Assembly (NCBI GenBank): GCA_036339875.1
Contig: JAYZAC010000190.1
Coordinates: forward strand, 1-19,452
DNA: 19,452 bases
Origin: a bacterium
Lineage (GTDB): Bacteria > Muiribacteriota > UBA6191
Reading direction: 5' to 3'
In this document: piece by piece, positions 17,776-19,452 of the stretch
Layout of the letters: every line of letters begins with the position of its first letter
Numbering within the stretch: position 1 is the first letter of the stretch
Notes under the pieces: generated by a model
The model's database searches: none
Told to the model about the DNA's origin: nothing
The model's input: the letters and a program-made list of their open reading frames with translations, nothing else
Made by a program: the position numbers and the translations under genes

Positions 17776-17904
17776 GAACAAGCTAATCTAGCAAAAAGAT
17801 CGACCTCAGACTACTTTTGTTTGACTCCTAAAAATTAGTCTTTTCTGTCATTTTAAGTGACTAAGTTATGGCTTATAGATTACCGATGCACTGCTCTGAG
17901 TCTT

Positions 17905-19104
17905 ATGAATCCGATTGTTTTTTTCGTTTCAGTTTCATTATTTGTCGCTTTGATTTCAGGATGTCGTCAACCTAGTACTACTAGGCAGGTGAAACCTAAA
18001 CCTTTTTTGAGTTTGGTTACATCCCATCAAAATCTAAATCAGGTAGTTGAATGTTTAATTAGTGACTTGAATCATTCCTATGAAAAAGAAAAGCTACTGG
18101 TTAAAAGACTTGATGGATTAATAAATCGAAAATTACGTAAAAAAATCTTTTTTCCTCTATTCCAAAAACTGAACGATTCGTTACGTCATGAGATGATTAA
18201 GCAGTATTCTCGATTTAGACCTCTTGATTTACCAGATCAATTCCATGGGTTTTTAATGGCCTACGAGGGGAAACATTTTTCAAGCTTATTACAACTTTAC
18301 CTATCATGGAATCATAATCAAGGTCTCGAGCAAATCGAGCAACGTTTACATTTATTGGGAATGACGCATGGGGATAAATATAGAATCAGTCATGCTAGAG
18401 TATTATTTAGATTAGGTCGCTTGGGTGAGGCTTTCTATAAAGTAGAAGCCAGCGTTGACGCTATTCGTCATAAATTCAAGCATAAAAATCTAGATCCATT
18501 TTCAAAGTATTCAGATTGGAAAGGTTTATCTGAGTCTGATCGAAACGATATTTTAGAGCTATGTGAAATGAGTGGGAAAATAGCCTTACTTCAAGGGAAT
18601 GGAATCTTAGCGACTAAGCGACTAGTATTACTTTTTCATCATCCGTATTACCGTGGATTAGTCTTTAAAGATTTAATAAATGCTTTATTACAACAGAATT
18701 CATATAAGAAAGCTTTGGAAGTAATTCAAATGGCTAGTTTAGATGATTTTGAGGATCCGATTGTTCATTTACTTAGATCAAAAGTACTACTATATGCAGA
18801 TCATCACCGTGCGGCTAAAAAACATTGGTTAATTGCTCGTTCCCTTGGAGCTTATGGGCCACTCTATGAAGAAATCAGTTTTTTAATGTCTCATTACTAT
18901 GAGAGAGAAGTTTCCCGTGGTGAGCAAGGCAATTTCGCTGAGATTTTGGCGGAACAAAGAATCTCTAAAACAGGACTTAATTTAGACTTCTATCAAATGC
19001 GAATGTTTGCATTACAATACGAAAAACTCAAGCGTAATGATCCGAAAATTCTTAAAACTTTGAAAGACCGTTATTTAGAGATTGATTTTAGACAGAGAAG
19101 TTAA
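17905..19104 (+). CDS. Hypothetical helical-repeat (TPR-like) lipoprotein
   Basis: From ATG 17905 there is a hydrophobic signal ending in the lipobox ISG-C. TPR-like segments include ARVLFRLGRLGEA and LINALLQQNSYKKALE. Function unknown. Confidence 0.65.
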   Translation: MNPIVFFVSVSLFVALISGCRQPSTTRQVKPKPFLSLVTSHQNLNQVVECLISDLNHSYEKEKLLVKRLDGLINRKLRKKIFFPLFQKLNDSLRHEMIKQYSRFRPLDLPDQFHGFLMAYEGKHFSSLLQLYLSWNHNQGLEQIEQRLHLLGMTHGDKYRISHARVLFRLGRLGEAFYKVEASVDAIRHKFKHKNLDPFSKYSDWKGLSESDRNDILELCEMSGKIALLQGNGILATKRLVLLFHHPYYRGLVFKDLINALLQQNSYKKALEVIQMASLDDFEDPIVHLLRSKVLLYADHHRAAKKHWLIARSLGAYGPLYEEISFLMSHYYEREVSRGEQGNFAEILAEQRISKTGLNLDFYQMRMFALQYEKLKRNDPKILKTLKDRYLEIDFRQRS

Positions 19105-19118
19105 CAATTATCCTTAAC

Positions 19119-19146
19119 TTGACTTTCCTTGGTAGGGAAGTAGCAT
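19119..19146 (+). promoter_or_regulatory. Sigma70-type promoter of recD2 (probably leaderless), overlapped by an inverted repeat
   Basis: TTGACT (19119-19124), 16 nt, TAGCAT (19141-19146), 6 nt, ATG 19153. Confidence 0.5.
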
Positions 19147-19152
19147 GGATAA

Positions 19153-19452
19153 ATGATTCATAACTCCCAAGCATTAGAAGATGTCGAAGGCGAAGTTCGT
19201 AATATCGTATATTACGATGAAGAGACGCATTTCTGTATTGCTACTTTTAAGCCAAAAGTAGGTTCACCAATTACTGTAAAGGGAACGCTGGTAAGAGCAC
19301 AAAAAGGCGAACTAATGCGCCTCAGTGGTAGTTGGATTTCTGATGCTCGCTTTGGGAAGCAATTTAAGATCAAGTATTTCCAAATGATCAAACCAGATTC
19401 GTTGATTGGTATCAGAAAGTATTTAGGTTCGGGGTTAATTCCTGGTATCGGT
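19153..19452 (+). CDS. recD2: ATP-dependent RecD-like DNA helicase (RecD2), N-terminal 100 aa; runs off the window
   Basis: Not in the ORF track; translated by hand: MIHNSQALEDVEGEVRNIVYYDEETHFCIATF...GELMRLSGSW...RFGKQF...P...GIRKYLGSGLIPGIG. This is the typical RecD2 N-terminus leading into the HhH motif. Confidence 0.92.
   Translation, partial: MIHNSQALEDVEGEVRNIVYYDEETHFCIATFKPKVGSPITVKGTLVRAQKGELMRLSGSWISDARFGKQFKIKYFQMIKPDSLIGIRKYLGSGLIPGIG

Noticed and set aside
17808..17844. Imperfect hairpin AGACTA.TTTT...AAAA.TAGTCT followed by Ts after the ferredoxin gene
   Set aside because: The stem is AT-rich with a mismatch and a large loop, too weak to call a terminator.

Overview
AT-rich bacterial chromosomal window with 20 coding regions, two of them cut by the window edges. 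I see no RNA genes, CRISPR arrays or mobile elements. The left part (1-9398) is the end of a surface-polysaccharide locus: GT4 and GT2 glycosyltransferases, three SAM methyltransferases (one TylF/MycF-type), an ArnA/UXS-like extended SDR, a Wzx flippase, a MurJ-like flippase, and an unknown protein with QW-like repeats suggesting an alpha/alpha toroid. The middle (9520-15510) has a Na+:solute symporter coupled to a class II glycerate kinase. These converge on, and overlap, a GH13_18 phosphorylase with glucosylglycerate-type specificity motifs, together forming a candidate glucosylglycerate import and salvage system. That phosphorylase is the last gene of a run that starts with a TsdA-like dihaem cytochrome c and a uridine kinase whose extra tail matches the Cle-type c-di-GMP-binding motif. 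The right part has thiolase-moaD-moaE-2Fe-2S ferredoxin, a TPR-like lipoprotein and the 5' end of recD2. Three genes appear to be leaderless, and two operons share a near-identical promoter core. All assignments come from motif recognition; no searches were run.
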